A stretch of 64,000 nt of DNA from an uncultured archaeon (GCA_963799775.1 CAWCYD010000003.1:1856001-1920000); one strand, 5' to 3'; positions 47,208 to 57,070 are shown, counted from the first letter of the stretch. Notes: generated by a model not told the origin, from the letters alone. A program made the numbers and translations.

Positions 47208-47449
47208 TCAGTCGTCGCTCGTCCCGCTCTCTTTCCATACCTGGCGACGAGCCCAGCGTTGATCGTCCTTCCTAGTTCCAATGCGTCCTTCTCGGTCAGC
47301 TTGCTCCTCTTGGCGACCTCGTCCATAAGCTCAAGCTTCTTCGCATACTCCCACATGGCCTGTCTGGCGACCTCGCTCCATTTTATCTCTGGATGGCTCC
47401 GCATTATCTTCCTGAGCTCTTCCGGGACAGCTAGGGTGACGTTGGCCAT
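47204..47449 (-). CDS. Ribbon-helix-helix antitoxin
   Basis: [23 protein letters not shown]. Confidence 0.8.
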   Translation of the reverse strand: MANVTLAVPEELRKIMRSHPEIKWSEVARQAMWEYAKKLELMDEVAKRSKLTEKDALELGRTINAGLVARYGKRAGRATTD

Positions 47450-47744
47450 TGTCTGATGCCTATGTGCAATATGTGCATTCACATACTAATAAGGCTCTCG
47501 CGGCGACTTCGACCAGTTCACCCTGGTGCCTTACCCATTGCCGCTCGACTACCGATTGTTGAATCCCCCGGCGGAGGCACATTGGACCCTATGCAGGGCC
47601 AGAATGCTGACGCGTCGTTCTTGGTCGCCCGCGCCGGCTTGAGCAGCTTCGGATGTGGCCGTCGCTATCGCAAGAAATCCGTTCGGGGACCCTAAAGGCA
47701 GCGAATCGGCGGCTTAAATAGCGACACAAGGCTGGACCTACCCG

Positions 47745-48116
47745 ATGCGGACGCAAGCGCAAGAGGAGACGGAGGCAGAGGATTGGGCGCAGACCGAGGA
47801 ACGCCGCAGAAGGATTTACGAGGAGCTGTGGCACGCCGACGAGGAGCGGGTCAGAAGGCAGCGTGAGAGAGACCCCTACAATAATCGCCGAAGAGAGGAA
47901 AACGACGACCGTCGCAATCCGTTCGACCTAGGCGCCGTCAAAGAGATTCCAAGGGCAACCCAGGTCTTGGGCGTCAGGGTCGGCGCAACCGAGGTCGAGA
48001 TCAAGGCAGCTTACAAGAGGATGGCCATGGTGTGGCACCCGGACAGACCGGGGGGATCGGCAGAGAAGATGAAAGACCTCAACGAAGCGAAAGAGATCCT
48101 GCTGCAGGGGCTTTGA
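47745..48116 (+). CDS. J-domain protein
   Basis: [22 protein letters not shown]. Confidence 0.8.
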   Translation: MRTQAQEETEAEDWAQTEERRRRIYEELWHADEERVRRQRERDPYNNRRREENDDRRNPFDLGAVKEIPRATQVLGVRVGATEVEIKAAYKRMAMVWHPDRPGGSAEKMKDLNEAKEILLQGL

Positions 48117-48209
48117 GCCTGTCCGAAACAAAGTGAATGTGACCGGGTTGTCGCGCGGTCTGTCGTCCATCGTGCGGATGAAATGCCGCCCGAGGCGCAA
48201 TGAACCCTT

Positions 48210-49485
48210 ATGCATAGGAAGTGTCTCACGATGCCCGAAGGCTATTCAGTCGTGTCACTTGGTGATTACTCGGTTGGACGTTGGCTTACCGAGAAATTGG
48301 GGAAATTCGGTCTCGATTCTCCAGAAGCGTCGTGGGCGCATCTACACATTTCCAACAAATTACGAAGACAGGCTTCACAATCCCCTGCAGGAAGTCTTCA
48401 CCTCCAGGGCCAATTCTACGAGTCCATCATTTACGAATATGTCAGGAAGCTCAGTCTTACCAGCAATTCCATTCTTTCAGTAGTAGCACGATCAAACGAC
48501 GCCCCAAAGGACGAGCGCACGCGCGAATGGAGGCGAGGTCAAGATGGTTTGTTTTACGACTCCAATGGGAGTCCGATTGTCCGAGGGGATGGTCAGGATC
48601 TCGCGGAATTTGACATTCTGGTTATTGGCCATCGCAATGTCTTCGTCCTACTGGAATGCACTACAAGCAGAAAGAGGATACTTAATCCTGATTTTGGCGA
48701 GAAGATAGCCTACAAACGAAGGCTCATCAATTACTTGTTCAGCCCAGAAAGATTAGAGTTTGTGCTAGTAACCCCTTTCAATCTAGCTGCTGAGGAAACA
48801 ATTCAAGCTTTGATGCGCCAACCTTCCAATTACCTTGCCAAGTCGGCCACAGCGAAATCATCCGGTTCGCGAGATGAGTTTCTCAAGAGTCACGAGCAAC
48901 GAATTCCTTATTCTAAGAAACTGAGGTCGTGGACATTCCTCTCTTCACGTGCCTTGGACTACGCTAAAGTCGTTGAACGCGAACGACAAGACCTGATTCG
49001 TGCACCCGGCTCTGGCACCTCTGTCGACGCAGTTGTGGCTGATCCAAGCCGGTCGCCGATAGTGAAGAATGTCATACTCGGTGTGCTAGACCGTCAGGCG
49101 ACAAAGTTTCTTTTGGAAAGCATGGAGGTGATTGTCGAAGGACATCGGCTAAGAAACGAAGACTTCGAGCACGAATACACACGCGCATCACTAGGGCTCA
49201 GTTTTCCCAATCTGGAGACCTGGATTGTACCTGAATGTTCGCGACATGCAAAATAGCCTAAAAATGGGACTGGGATCTCTATCTAGGTTCGAATTCGAAA
49301 GAAATATCGGCTATCGCGGAGGACTTCTCAATATTCTCGAAGGCCCGCTGCCGCATCTAGATGCCCGCACAACGAAAGTCTTACTAGACTTCTATACGAG
49401 GCAGTCAGTTGTCGGGCTAAAGAAGAAGTCAGAGTACGAAAGGCCGAAGTTAAGTGCGCGAGACTTCTCAGCCGAGGCGCAATGA
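48210..49485 (+). pseudogene. PD-(D/E)XK nuclease-like protein, probably frameshifted near 49230
   Basis: G.FYE..AEFDIL..LLECT; the second ORF ends inside a repeat. Confidence 0.55.
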
Positions 49486-49586
49486 ACCCTTACGCATGGC
49501 GAGACTAGATCTTAGCAAGCCTACTCGAGCCTCCGGCCCCCCAAAGTATTTATCGACCGAAGTATGAATATCATACCGACAGGCAA

Positions 49587-49867
49587 TTGGAAGAACCGGA
49601 GATCGCCGTGGTAGGGACCAAGGGGCAGTTCGTGATCCCCCAGGACTTGAGGCGGCGCCTCGCGATCACGCCGAAGACGAAGCTCGCGATATACCGGAGG
49701 GGAGACAAGCTGGTGGTCGCGAAGCTGAAGGCTGCCCGACAGCCGGGGAGGAGCTGGACGAGTTTTTCGCCGAGATAGACGAGGGGAGCAAGAGAGCGGC
49801 GAGCGAGCAAGAGATACTCAAAGAGATACAGGCGTACAGGAAGGAGAAGAGACCGAGAGGTAACTGA
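49587..49867 (+). pseudogene. AbrB antitoxin, frameshifted near 49740
   Basis: VGTKGQFVIPQDLR; C-terminus continues in another frame. Confidence 0.7.
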
Positions 49868-49869
49868 CG

Positions 49870-50271
49870 CTGACCCGTGTCGTCATCGACACGAACGTCC
49901 TCGTCTCGGCGGTGTTAGGCCACGGCAAGCCGCGCCGCCTCCTGAGGCTCCACACGGCAGTCGCGTCCAAGGAGATGCTCGCAGAGCTCGCCGACGTCCT
50001 CGAGAGGGAGAAGTTCGCGCTGACACCCGCGCAGATCACCAGGTTACTGACCATCTACGCCCGCAGGTCTGAAGTAGTCGACCTGGACCGACGCGTCAAT
50101 GCAGTCGACGCAGACCCTGACGACGACATCGTGCTGGGCACCGCGGTCAACGGCGGGGCGACACTCATCGTGACAGGGGACAGGCACCTACTCGAGATGC
50201 GAGAGTTTGAAGGCGTCCGGATCATCCCCGTGGATTCCGCGCTCAAGACCTCGTCTGCGGAACGAGCCTAG
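49870..50271 (+). CDS. PIN-domain toxin
   Basis: RVVIDTNVLVSA, DPDDD, IVTGDRHLL; start uncertain. Confidence 0.88.
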   Translation: MTRVVIDTNVLVSAVLGHGKPRRLLRLHTAVASKEMLAELADVLEREKFALTPAQITRLLTIYARRSEVVDLDRRVNAVDADPDDDIVLGTAVNGGATLIVTGDRHLLEMREFEGVRIIPVDSALKTSSAERA

Positions 50272-50366
50272 TGACGCATCCATCGAGTGCAGTCGAACGC
50301 CTAGGCGGAGGCGCAACGCTTTTTCTGCTATCGCATTTATAGGAAGGATTCACTTGATTTTGTATC

Positions 50367-50915
50367 ATGAGCTTCTTGCAAGGCCTGAGTGTTGCTTGCA
50401 AAAAATCCTCATCCGAGTGCAGGAAAATCTCCGAGGAGACAATGTTCTTCATCGATCGAGGTACTAGGGACTCAGAGGTATACGGGTCCGAGTCAGAGGC
50501 AACCTTCAAGGCGATTCTATACAACAGACTTAGGGGTCTTTGCACGCGTCCGAACGAACTGGCGTTGGAGCCCCTTAGAGTCTACGAGAACGTGGATTTA
50601 GCGTATTGCAAAGGGGGTTTGACTTGGAGAGAAGATCAATCAGAGGTTCACCTAATCGAAGTAAAGGAAGTTGCGAAGCAAGAACGCAAGGACGCGCTGT
50701 ACGCTCACAACATAAAAGCGCTCATCGATGACATCGAAAGCCTTCAGGACGCCAAGAAGCGTTTCCGGAACTCGGTCCTCATTTCGATTGCCGCTTGCGT
50801 CGATCACGACTCGAAGGCATATTTGTCGAATCTTCCCAAGCTGGAGAAAGAACTACCTTCAGAGCTTAAACGACGAGGAGCGAACCTCACGGGAATAAAT
50901 TTCATCGTCTGTTGA
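50367..50915 (+). CDS. PD-(D/E)XK nuclease-like protein
   Basis: SEA..VDL..LIEVK. Confidence 0.55.
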   Translation: MSFLQGLSVACKKSSSECRKISEETMFFIDRGTRDSEVYGSESEATFKAILYNRLRGLCTRPNELALEPLRVYENVDLAYCKGGLTWREDQSEVHLIEVKEVAKQERKDALYAHNIKALIDDIESLQDAKKRFRNSVLISIAACVDHDSKAYLSNLPKLEKELPSELKRRGANLTGINFIVC

Positions 50916-51041
50916 TTCTGAGCTTGGTGTTTCAGGCGGAGGCACAATGAAACCCCATGCCCTTTACCGCCGCCCGGCATTTGGTGCTCACCCGGTAATT
51001 CTTATTTACCGGGCGCTCGACCACTCTCCCGGTATATCGTC

Positions 51042-51281
51042 TTGACCAACGAAGGAAAGGTCGCGAAGAAGTACGCTCTTTATCCGCCAAAGGGTCTCAT
51101 GGCGCAGCTCGGCCTGAAGGAGGGACAGAAGGTCAGGTACGAGGTAGAGGGCGGGAAGCTCGTCGTGGAATTGTTGCCGGATCCGATTGACCTGGCGCTG
51201 AGCTCGAAGAAGTGGGCCAGAACGAGCGCACGAGAGCTGGAGATGCTTTCAGAGAGGGAGCAATCAGAACTCGATGCCTGA
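51042..51281 (+). CDS. AbrB-type antitoxin
   Basis: LYPPK..LGLKEGQKV..VEGGKLVV. Confidence 0.8.
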   Translation: MTNEGKVAKKYALYPPKGLMAQLGLKEGQKVRYEVEGGKLVVELLPDPIDLALSSKKWARTSARELEMLSEREQSELDA

Positions 51282-51750
51282 CGTATTGCTAGACACCTCG
51301 TTCCTGCTTCCCACCCTTGGGCTCGATGTCAGGGAAATCACTACATCCGACCTAGAATCGATTCGGGCCGCGTCCAAGAAAACCAAGTTCCACTGCTCCT
51401 ACGTTAGCTTCGTCGAGATTCTGGGACTGGTCGGGAAGGAATCGAGGAAGGTAGACGACAAGACCGTCCGCGCTGGCATCAACAGCCTTCTTGGCTCCGG
51501 CCTCTATGAATGGAGCAACCCTTCTCCCGGGGCGGTACAACTCGCGCTCGAGTTGCGGACGAAAGGGCACAAAGATAACATCGACAATATCCTGTTCGCG
51601 ACGGCCTCCTCCTCCAAGATGCTCTTTCTATCGCTCGATGAGGAGCTGAAGAGGTTCCTTGCAAAGAACGGGTACGACACCGGCCTGATGGTGAAAGTGG
51701 ATGAGTTAGCGGCCAGGGTCGGCGTGCCTTGGCGAGCCGGTCAGAAGTAG
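51274..51750 (+). CDS. vapC: PIN-domain toxin
   Basis: LLDTSFLL, D.ID.ILFATA, LSLD. Confidence 0.85.
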   Translation: MPDVLLDTSFLLPTLGLDVREITTSDLESIRAASKKTKFHCSYVSFVEILGLVGKESRKVDDKTVRAGINSLLGSGLYEWSNPSPGAVQLALELRTKGHKDNIDNILFATASSSKMLFLSLDEELKRFLAKNGYDTGLMVKVDELAARVGVPWRAGQK

Positions 51751-51872
51751 GACGGGACGTCCCAAGGTAGTGAAACGCCTAGGCGGAGGCGCAAGAAGAC
51801 ACTTCTTCGAAGGCGGGTGTCGGTCGATTGGTTTAAGGTCGGGCCGCACCCTCCGATCTGGCGCTCCATCCC

Positions 51873-52763
51873 GTGATGCTGACCATTACGTCGACCAGGA
51901 AGCTCAACTCGGGCACGGAGATACCCGCGCTCGGGCTCGGCGTGTTCCAGGCGCCGCCCGGCAGGGTCACCCAGGAGGCCGTGAAGTTCGCCCTGAAGAC
52001 GGGCTACCGGCACATCGACACGGCGAGGGTCTACGGGAACGAAGAGGACGTCGGCCGGGGGATCAGAGACAGCGGGGTGCCGCGCGAGCAGGTCTTCGTC
52101 ACCACGAAGCTCTGGAACGCCGACCAGGGCTACGACTCTGCCCTGTCCGCCTGCGAGGCGAGCCTGCGCCGGCTCGGGTTCAGCTACATCGACCTCTACC
52201 TGATTCACTGGCCGGTCCCGGGGCTCAGGGGCGAGTCCTGGAGGGCGCTCGTGGAGCTCCAGCGACGAGGCTCGTGCCGGGCCATAGGCGTGAGCAACTA
52301 CACGGTCAGGCACCTCGAAGAGCTATCCGACAGCTCGGATGTCACCCCCGCCGTCAACCAGGTCGAGTTCAACCCGTTCCTCTACCAGAAAGAGCTGCTC
52401 CGCTTCTGCAGCAGCAGGGGGATACAGCTCGAGGCCTACAGTCCACTGACCCGCGGGCACAAACTCGACCACCCCGTGGTCCTCGACGTCGCCAAGAGGC
52501 ACTCCAAGAGCCCCGCGCAGGTCATGATCCGGTGGGGCCTGCAGCACGAGCTCGTCGTGATACCAAAGTCGACCCGCCCCGAGAGGATAGAGGAGAACAG
52601 CCGGGTCTTTGACTTTGACCTCTCGCCGGCCGACATGACCAGTCTCGACTCTCTCAGCGAGGACCTGCACACGGTCTGGGACACCCACGGACGAACCCTA
52701 GGAACGCAGGGAGGCATGAGTGAAATGCCCAGGCGGAGGCGCAATGAACCTTATGCATGGTGA
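51873..52763 (+). CDS. Aldo/keto reductase
   Basis: GYRHIDTA.YGNE, DLYLIHWP, IGVSN, IPKS; C-terminus runs through a repeat. Confidence 0.93.
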   Translation: MMLTITSTRKLNSGTEIPALGLGVFQAPPGRVTQEAVKFALKTGYRHIDTARVYGNEEDVGRGIRDSGVPREQVFVTTKLWNADQGYDSALSACEASLRRLGFSYIDLYLIHWPVPGLRGESWRALVELQRRGSCRAIGVSNYTVRHLEELSDSSDVTPAVNQVEFNPFLYQKELLRFCSSRGIQLEAYSPLTRGHKLDHPVVLDVAKRHSKSPAQVMIRWGLQHELVVIPKSTRPERIEENSRVFDFDLSPADMTSLDSLSEDLHTVWDTHGRTLGTQGGMSEMPRRRRNEPYAW

Positions 52764-53454
52764 ATTCTGTACTGCTCTTATCCTTAAAGAACTAAAAGTG
52801 TCAGATGGGGACACTCGCCACATCGTGGACTCATCAAATCCGGCTGGAAGGATTGTCGACGACGCCTATAACCGGAAGAGAAGATCGGTTATTGCGAATA
52901 CCAAGGTTCTAGTCTTCGGACCGGGTCCAGGGAACGAAAATCCCGGATTTCTCGAACGAGAAGCAATAAAGGATACGCTAAAACAAGCAGGCTGCAGGGC
53001 TGATTACCCTGAATCAATTCTAATTGGGGGTAACGCAGTATTCGGTGAGAGCATACTAATCGGCGATTACAATCTTGTCTTCATTTTGTTGATGGGTCTA
53101 GGCTCATAGCATAGAATTCTCGCATTTCGTCCAGAGAGAGTTTGTAGCACAAAAGGTTAGATTGTTCCAAGAAAAGAAGTACAAGATGACCGAAAGTTTC
53201 CTTAACGAAGTGCTCGAGCCATTCTGCGCATTGTACAGACAATGCTATTATTTTGATGATCGGAATTCGTTAATCTCAGCTGCCAAACAGTGCTTCGAAG
53301 AATACGTCTCATTCGTAGTAATTATCGGTCTCCGTCCCTACTAACATCGCCGGGGAACTCAGTGGTTCACTGATCAAGTCAATAAATTTAAATATCAAGG
53401 CGAGTCCAAAATTGCATCTCCGCTGATTGAAATTTGGAAGTAAGTAACGAAGGC

Positions 53455-54894
53455 ATGGACTTCATAGAAGCCGAAAAAATCGCCGCAGTGATGCGGATGG
53501 CCAAACCCAACGTCACCGTAATAGGTGTCGGCGGGGCCGGAAGCAACATTGTCTCCTGGCTGAAAGAACGAGGGATCTCCGGAGGCAAACTCATCGCTGC
53601 TAACACAGACGCAGCACACTTGAGCATCACCAAGGCGGATCGCAGGATTCTCATGGGTGAGAAGCTCACGCACGGCCAGGGCGCCGGAGGGTACCCTCAG
53701 CGCGGTGCGGAAGCCACAAGGGAGTCAATCGGCGACTTTCAGAAGGAAACACAAAACAGCAACATCATCTTCCTTTGCGCAGGCCTCGGAGGAGGCACTG
53801 GAACGGGCGCAATCGAAGTCCTCTCCAAGGAACTAGCAAGGCAGGGCCGCCTAGTCATCGGTGTCGTGACTTTGCCGTTCTCGTCCGAGGCGTACAGGTA
53901 TGATAACGCGAAGAACGCTCTGAAGGTACTCCGCCAGTACTGTGACACCGTAGTAGCCATTGAGAACACCAAACTGTTCAAGGTTGTCGAAAACTTCCCT
54001 GAGCAAAACGATGGCAAAACCAAGTCGGAGGTTCCCAAGTTCAACTCCGAAGAGGCAAATCTTAGAATCAAGGCGCTGAACGACAAAACTAGGCGAGAAA
54101 TAATAGGAATATTATACGTCAATGGACCCACGTTTCACACTGAGATTGCGAAACGCGTTGGGCTCAAGCCAAACGAACTATCCTATCATCTCGGGTTGTT
54201 AGTTGATGCTGGATATCTACGACATGTTTACTCAGATAAGCGGATTGGGAAATCATTCTCGACATACTCCGTGACCGAATTAGCCATCGGGTTCTTGGAT
54301 TTCATTGGTGCCAAGGCAGAATTAGATTTTGCAATGAAAGCGCAACAGCCCTCCGTTCGCGACGAGCCTGATTCTCGTAGGACACACGCATTAGAAGTGC
54401 GGACGTTTGCGGTTGCAAACGAGTTGGCAGGTCAGTTCATCAAGGGGTTGACAGAGACCATAACCACGGCCAGTCTCATCAACATCGACTACGCGGACCT
54501 TAGGGCGATATGCGAGCGCAAGGGCCTAGCAAGTATCGGTGTTGGAGAGGGGAAGAGCTCCGACAGGGTCGAGGTCGCGATCAGGCGCGCTATCGCAGGA
54601 CAGCTGCTGGACATCAAGGACGTCACCAAGTCACAAGGGGTGCTGGTCCACGTGACAGGTAGCTCGGACCTAACACTGGAGGAGGTCACGAAGGCCGGCG
54701 AACTTGTAACCAAGTCGTTACCTCCGAACGTCAGGATTGTCTGGGGCGCACGCGTAGACCCGTCTCTGGAAGGCCGTGTCAAGTGCATGGTCATGCTCAC
54801 CGGCGTCGAGAGCGCTCTCCTCGCACAGCAAGAATACAACTTCTCGTTCGGCCCAATGAAGAGCGAAGCCAAATCAGGATGGCGGAAAAACTAG
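53455..54894 (+). CDS. ftsZ: FtsZ homolog with an internal winged-helix insertion
   Basis: GVGGAGSN, GAGG, GLGGGTGTG, INIDYADL, IVWGA; ~130-aa ArsR-like insert. Confidence 0.9.
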   Translation: MDFIEAEKIAAVMRMAKPNVTVIGVGGAGSNIVSWLKERGISGGKLIAANTDAAHLSITKADRRILMGEKLTHGQGAGGYPQRGAEATRESIGDFQKETQNSNIIFLCAGLGGGTGTGAIEVLSKELARQGRLVIGVVTLPFSSEAYRYDNAKNALKVLRQYCDTVVAIENTKLFKVVENFPEQNDGKTKSEVPKFNSEEANLRIKALNDKTRREIIGILYVNGPTFHTEIAKRVGLKPNELSYHLGLLVDAGYLRHVYSDKRIGKSFSTYSVTELAIGFLDFIGAKAELDFAMKAQQPSVRDEPDSRRTHALEVRTFAVANELAGQFIKGLTETITTASLINIDYADLRAICERKGLASIGVGEGKSSDRVEVAIRRAIAGQLLDIKDVTKSQGVLVHVTGSSDLTLEEVTKAGELVTKSLPPNVRIVWGARVDPSLEGRVKCMVMLTGVESALLAQQEYNFSFGPMKSEAKSGWRKN

Positions 54895-55078
54895 ACATGA
54901 CGGCGAACCATCTTCTCGTGATTGGCCACAACCTCTTCCGGCGACCAAAGCTCAACGTGCGAGTGAAATGCCCCGGCGGAGGCGCAATGAATCCTTTATC
55001 CATTGCAAACATCCTATTCATTAGGTGATTTGGTAATTCATCATTGTTATAAGGAATCAGAAGGGGAAAGCCCCTTCC

Positions 55079-55918
55079 TTGAGGTACCTGATGGTGCTAA
55101 GTTTACACCATGACCACTGGAACGAACCTAGAGGTGAAGCTCATTATACTATCCGAATGCTGAAGAGCGGACTTTCGCGTACGAACTTGGTTGAAAATAC
55201 CCCCACACTTTTCGTGCAAAGAAATTGGGACACGAACGCAGTAGAGGGTTGTTGGGAAGGTAAGGTTCACGATTTTCTTTTCAAGAAAGATGAAAAGGGC
55301 AGGGTCGCAGTGTGGTTTAGTTACGACTTGGACAGACAAGTTTCTCTTCCTGCAGAATACGCAAACTTCCCTGTCGGTTGGCATTGTATCGAGAATATCC
55401 CAGCACAACGGCACAAGTTCGACCCGCCTTTCGTAAGCGACTTGATTGACACTAATGATTGGCAGATATTCGAGACACATGTTTCATGGCTGCTGAAGTT
55501 ACTTGGAGTCCACAACCTATACGCATTTGACAGAGAGAATCAGCCTGGAAGGCCCGACGGGTTCTTCAAGTTAGGGCGTTCAGCCATCATTTACGACGCC
55601 ACGCTCAATGGTGACTTCGTCTCGGCAAAGAAGGACCAAGTCAACAATTACTGCAATCAATTCAAGGCAGGATACCTCGACTATGATGGTGGGACAGTAG
55701 ACGTTCGAGAATGTGAAAAGCAAGTCTGGATAGTGACCAAAGGCACTACCCATATCCTAAGGCGAGTTGATGACATCACGATTAAAGAAGTCAATGTTCA
55801 AGATCTTCTAGACCTCAATGAAAAACGAATATTGGAAAATCTTCATGAAGACCAATTGAGCTACGAACTTCGAAATTTGGGTCGTGTTGAGAGAACCGCC
55901 TACGCTCATCATATCTAG
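55079..55918 (+). CDS. Putative restriction-endonuclease-like protein
   Basis: FE..LL..LG..GRPDG..IYDA; AT-rich. Confidence 0.55.
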   Translation: MRYLMVLSLHHDHWNEPRGEAHYTIRMLKSGLSRTNLVENTPTLFVQRNWDTNAVEGCWEGKVHDFLFKKDEKGRVAVWFSYDLDRQVSLPAEYANFPVGWHCIENIPAQRHKFDPPFVSDLIDTNDWQIFETHVSWLLKLLGVHNLYAFDRENQPGRPDGFFKLGRSAIIYDATLNGDFVSAKKDQVNNYCNQFKAGYLDYDGGTVDVRECEKQVWIVTKGTTHILRRVDDITIKEVNVQDLLDLNEKRILENLHEDQLSYELRNLGRVERTAYAHHI

Positions 55919-56399
55919 CTCCACATGTCATTTGAATCCTCAACGGGAGTCGCAATGAACCCTAGTCTAGCTTGGACGCTTTGACAGTCACAATCAGTAG
56001 ATACTTCATTTTAATCCCAAAGGCAGTCGGCCTTTAAACGACGACGAAGTCCCGCTTGTTAGACGGCACCCTGACCTCTTTGGCGCAGGTAGCTTTGACC
56101 TCTATGTCTGGACCGCTCCCGACCAGACTAGGGGTGATTCCTTTAGGTGCGAGAGTCCAATTACTGTCAATCTGGACGATTTGTTGCGCTACAATAGCTT
56201 GAAGGACGCGGCTCAAGATGTTTCCTCGCAATCGGATATTGAGGAGACCAAGTCTCCACATCTCGTGGTGTAATGCATCTCATTGAGAATCTCGGCGGCT
56301 CTCGCAGCAGCCTCCGTGACCATTTTGTGGTCCAAGTTCATCTGGACATATCTCCCCAATCACCGAATGCCAATCGCCCTCGTCACACCAAGCCAGACC

Positions 56400-56708
56400 T
56401 CAGAACTGGAACTTGATGTAATCATAGTCCTCTGCTAGTTCGTCGAAGCCTGCGTCGTACTCGGAAACGAAGGCTACCTTGAACTGCTTCGCAAGATGGT
56501 CTAGTATCCCCTCAACATTGTTGTCGCCGTACCTGGCGAATTGCGTGTACCCGTTCGAAGCCCGCTGCGCCCAGATGCGGTTTTTGCCGTTGGTCAAGCA
56601 CGCGCTGCTGGGCGTCGTGAATTCCACCATCTCCTCACGAACTTCCCCTTTCATCCCCTTGATTTTGTCAAAGGGAATCGGTTGATCAGGCAGGTAGTAT
56701 GTGCTCAT
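56400..56708 (-). CDS. Hypothetical protein
   Basis: ORF with host-like codon use. Confidence 0.45.
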   Translation of the reverse strand: MSTYYLPDQPIPFDKIKGMKGEVREEMVEFTTPSSACLTNGKNRIWAQRASNGYTQFARYGDNNVEGILDHLAKQFKVAFVSEYDAGFDELAEDYDYIKFQF

Positions 56709-56791
56709 CGTGGTGGTCGACAAGAAGTCGTGAAGCCGGTATTTATACTCTAAGCTATACTGAGAGCTGATACAGTATCGTAATCTTTAGA

Positions 56792-57070
56792 TTGATAGTA
56801 CGGGGGCTTACCAAAGTTGCCGCTGACGGAGTCGGAGGCCAAGGTTGCCTTCTAGCATTAATCGAGAAGGATGCAATTCCGATAATGTCACTTCCAGAGT
56901 CGGCGCAAATGGGTGGGAACGCCGTTTACAATTCCATCAGAAGGCTCTTGGAGAAGGAGCTCGTCACGGAGCGCAGGGAACAGAAACCGCCCCGCAAGCG
57001 TTTGATTGGGCTGACTGAAAACGGCAGGAAGGTGGGTGAACTGTTACGTCAGATTGAAAGGCAGCTCTGA
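56792..57070 (+). CDS. Winged-helix DNA-binding protein
   Basis: VYNSIRRLLEKELV..LTENG. Confidence 0.6.
   Translation: MIVRGLTKVAADGVGGQGCLLALIEKDAIPIMSLPESAQMGGNAVYNSIRRLLEKELVTERREQKPPRKRLIGLTENGRKVGELLRQIERQL

Larger units (their letters stand above)
11370..55963 (+). repeat. Direct-repeat family (~54 copies) derived from the 23S rRNA 3' end and BHB 3' strand, delimiting gene cassettes
   Basis: Approximate starts: 11370 (native), 12250, 12980, 14071, 16166, 16581, 17304, 18066, 18841 (no core), 19638, 20568, 21358, 21769, 22535, 22922, 23536, 24941, 25575, 26173, 27147, 27901, 28680, 29547, 29921, 31248, 32208 (degenerate), 32270, 33015, 33843, 34260, 34761, 35587, 36078, 37073, 38220, 38834, 40321, 41072, 41787, 42711, 43494, 44236, 44696, 45655, 46200, 46765, 47510, 48171, 49474, 50299, 50935, 51769, 52717, 54940, 55946; all on + strand. 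Confidence 0.95.

Noticed and set aside
54005-54400. Intein in FtsZ
   Set aside because: No N-terminal Cys/Ser block, TxxH or terminal Asn motif; the insert looks like a winged helix.
11370-55963. CRISPR array
   Set aside because: Intervals are gene-sized (hundreds to thousands of bp), repeats vary in length and sequence, and no cas genes are present.
11370-55963. Classical integron attC sites
   Set aside because: No RYYYAAC..GTTRRRY inverted core or convincing self-hairpin; the repeat is explained by rRNA stem complementarity; no IntI is seen.
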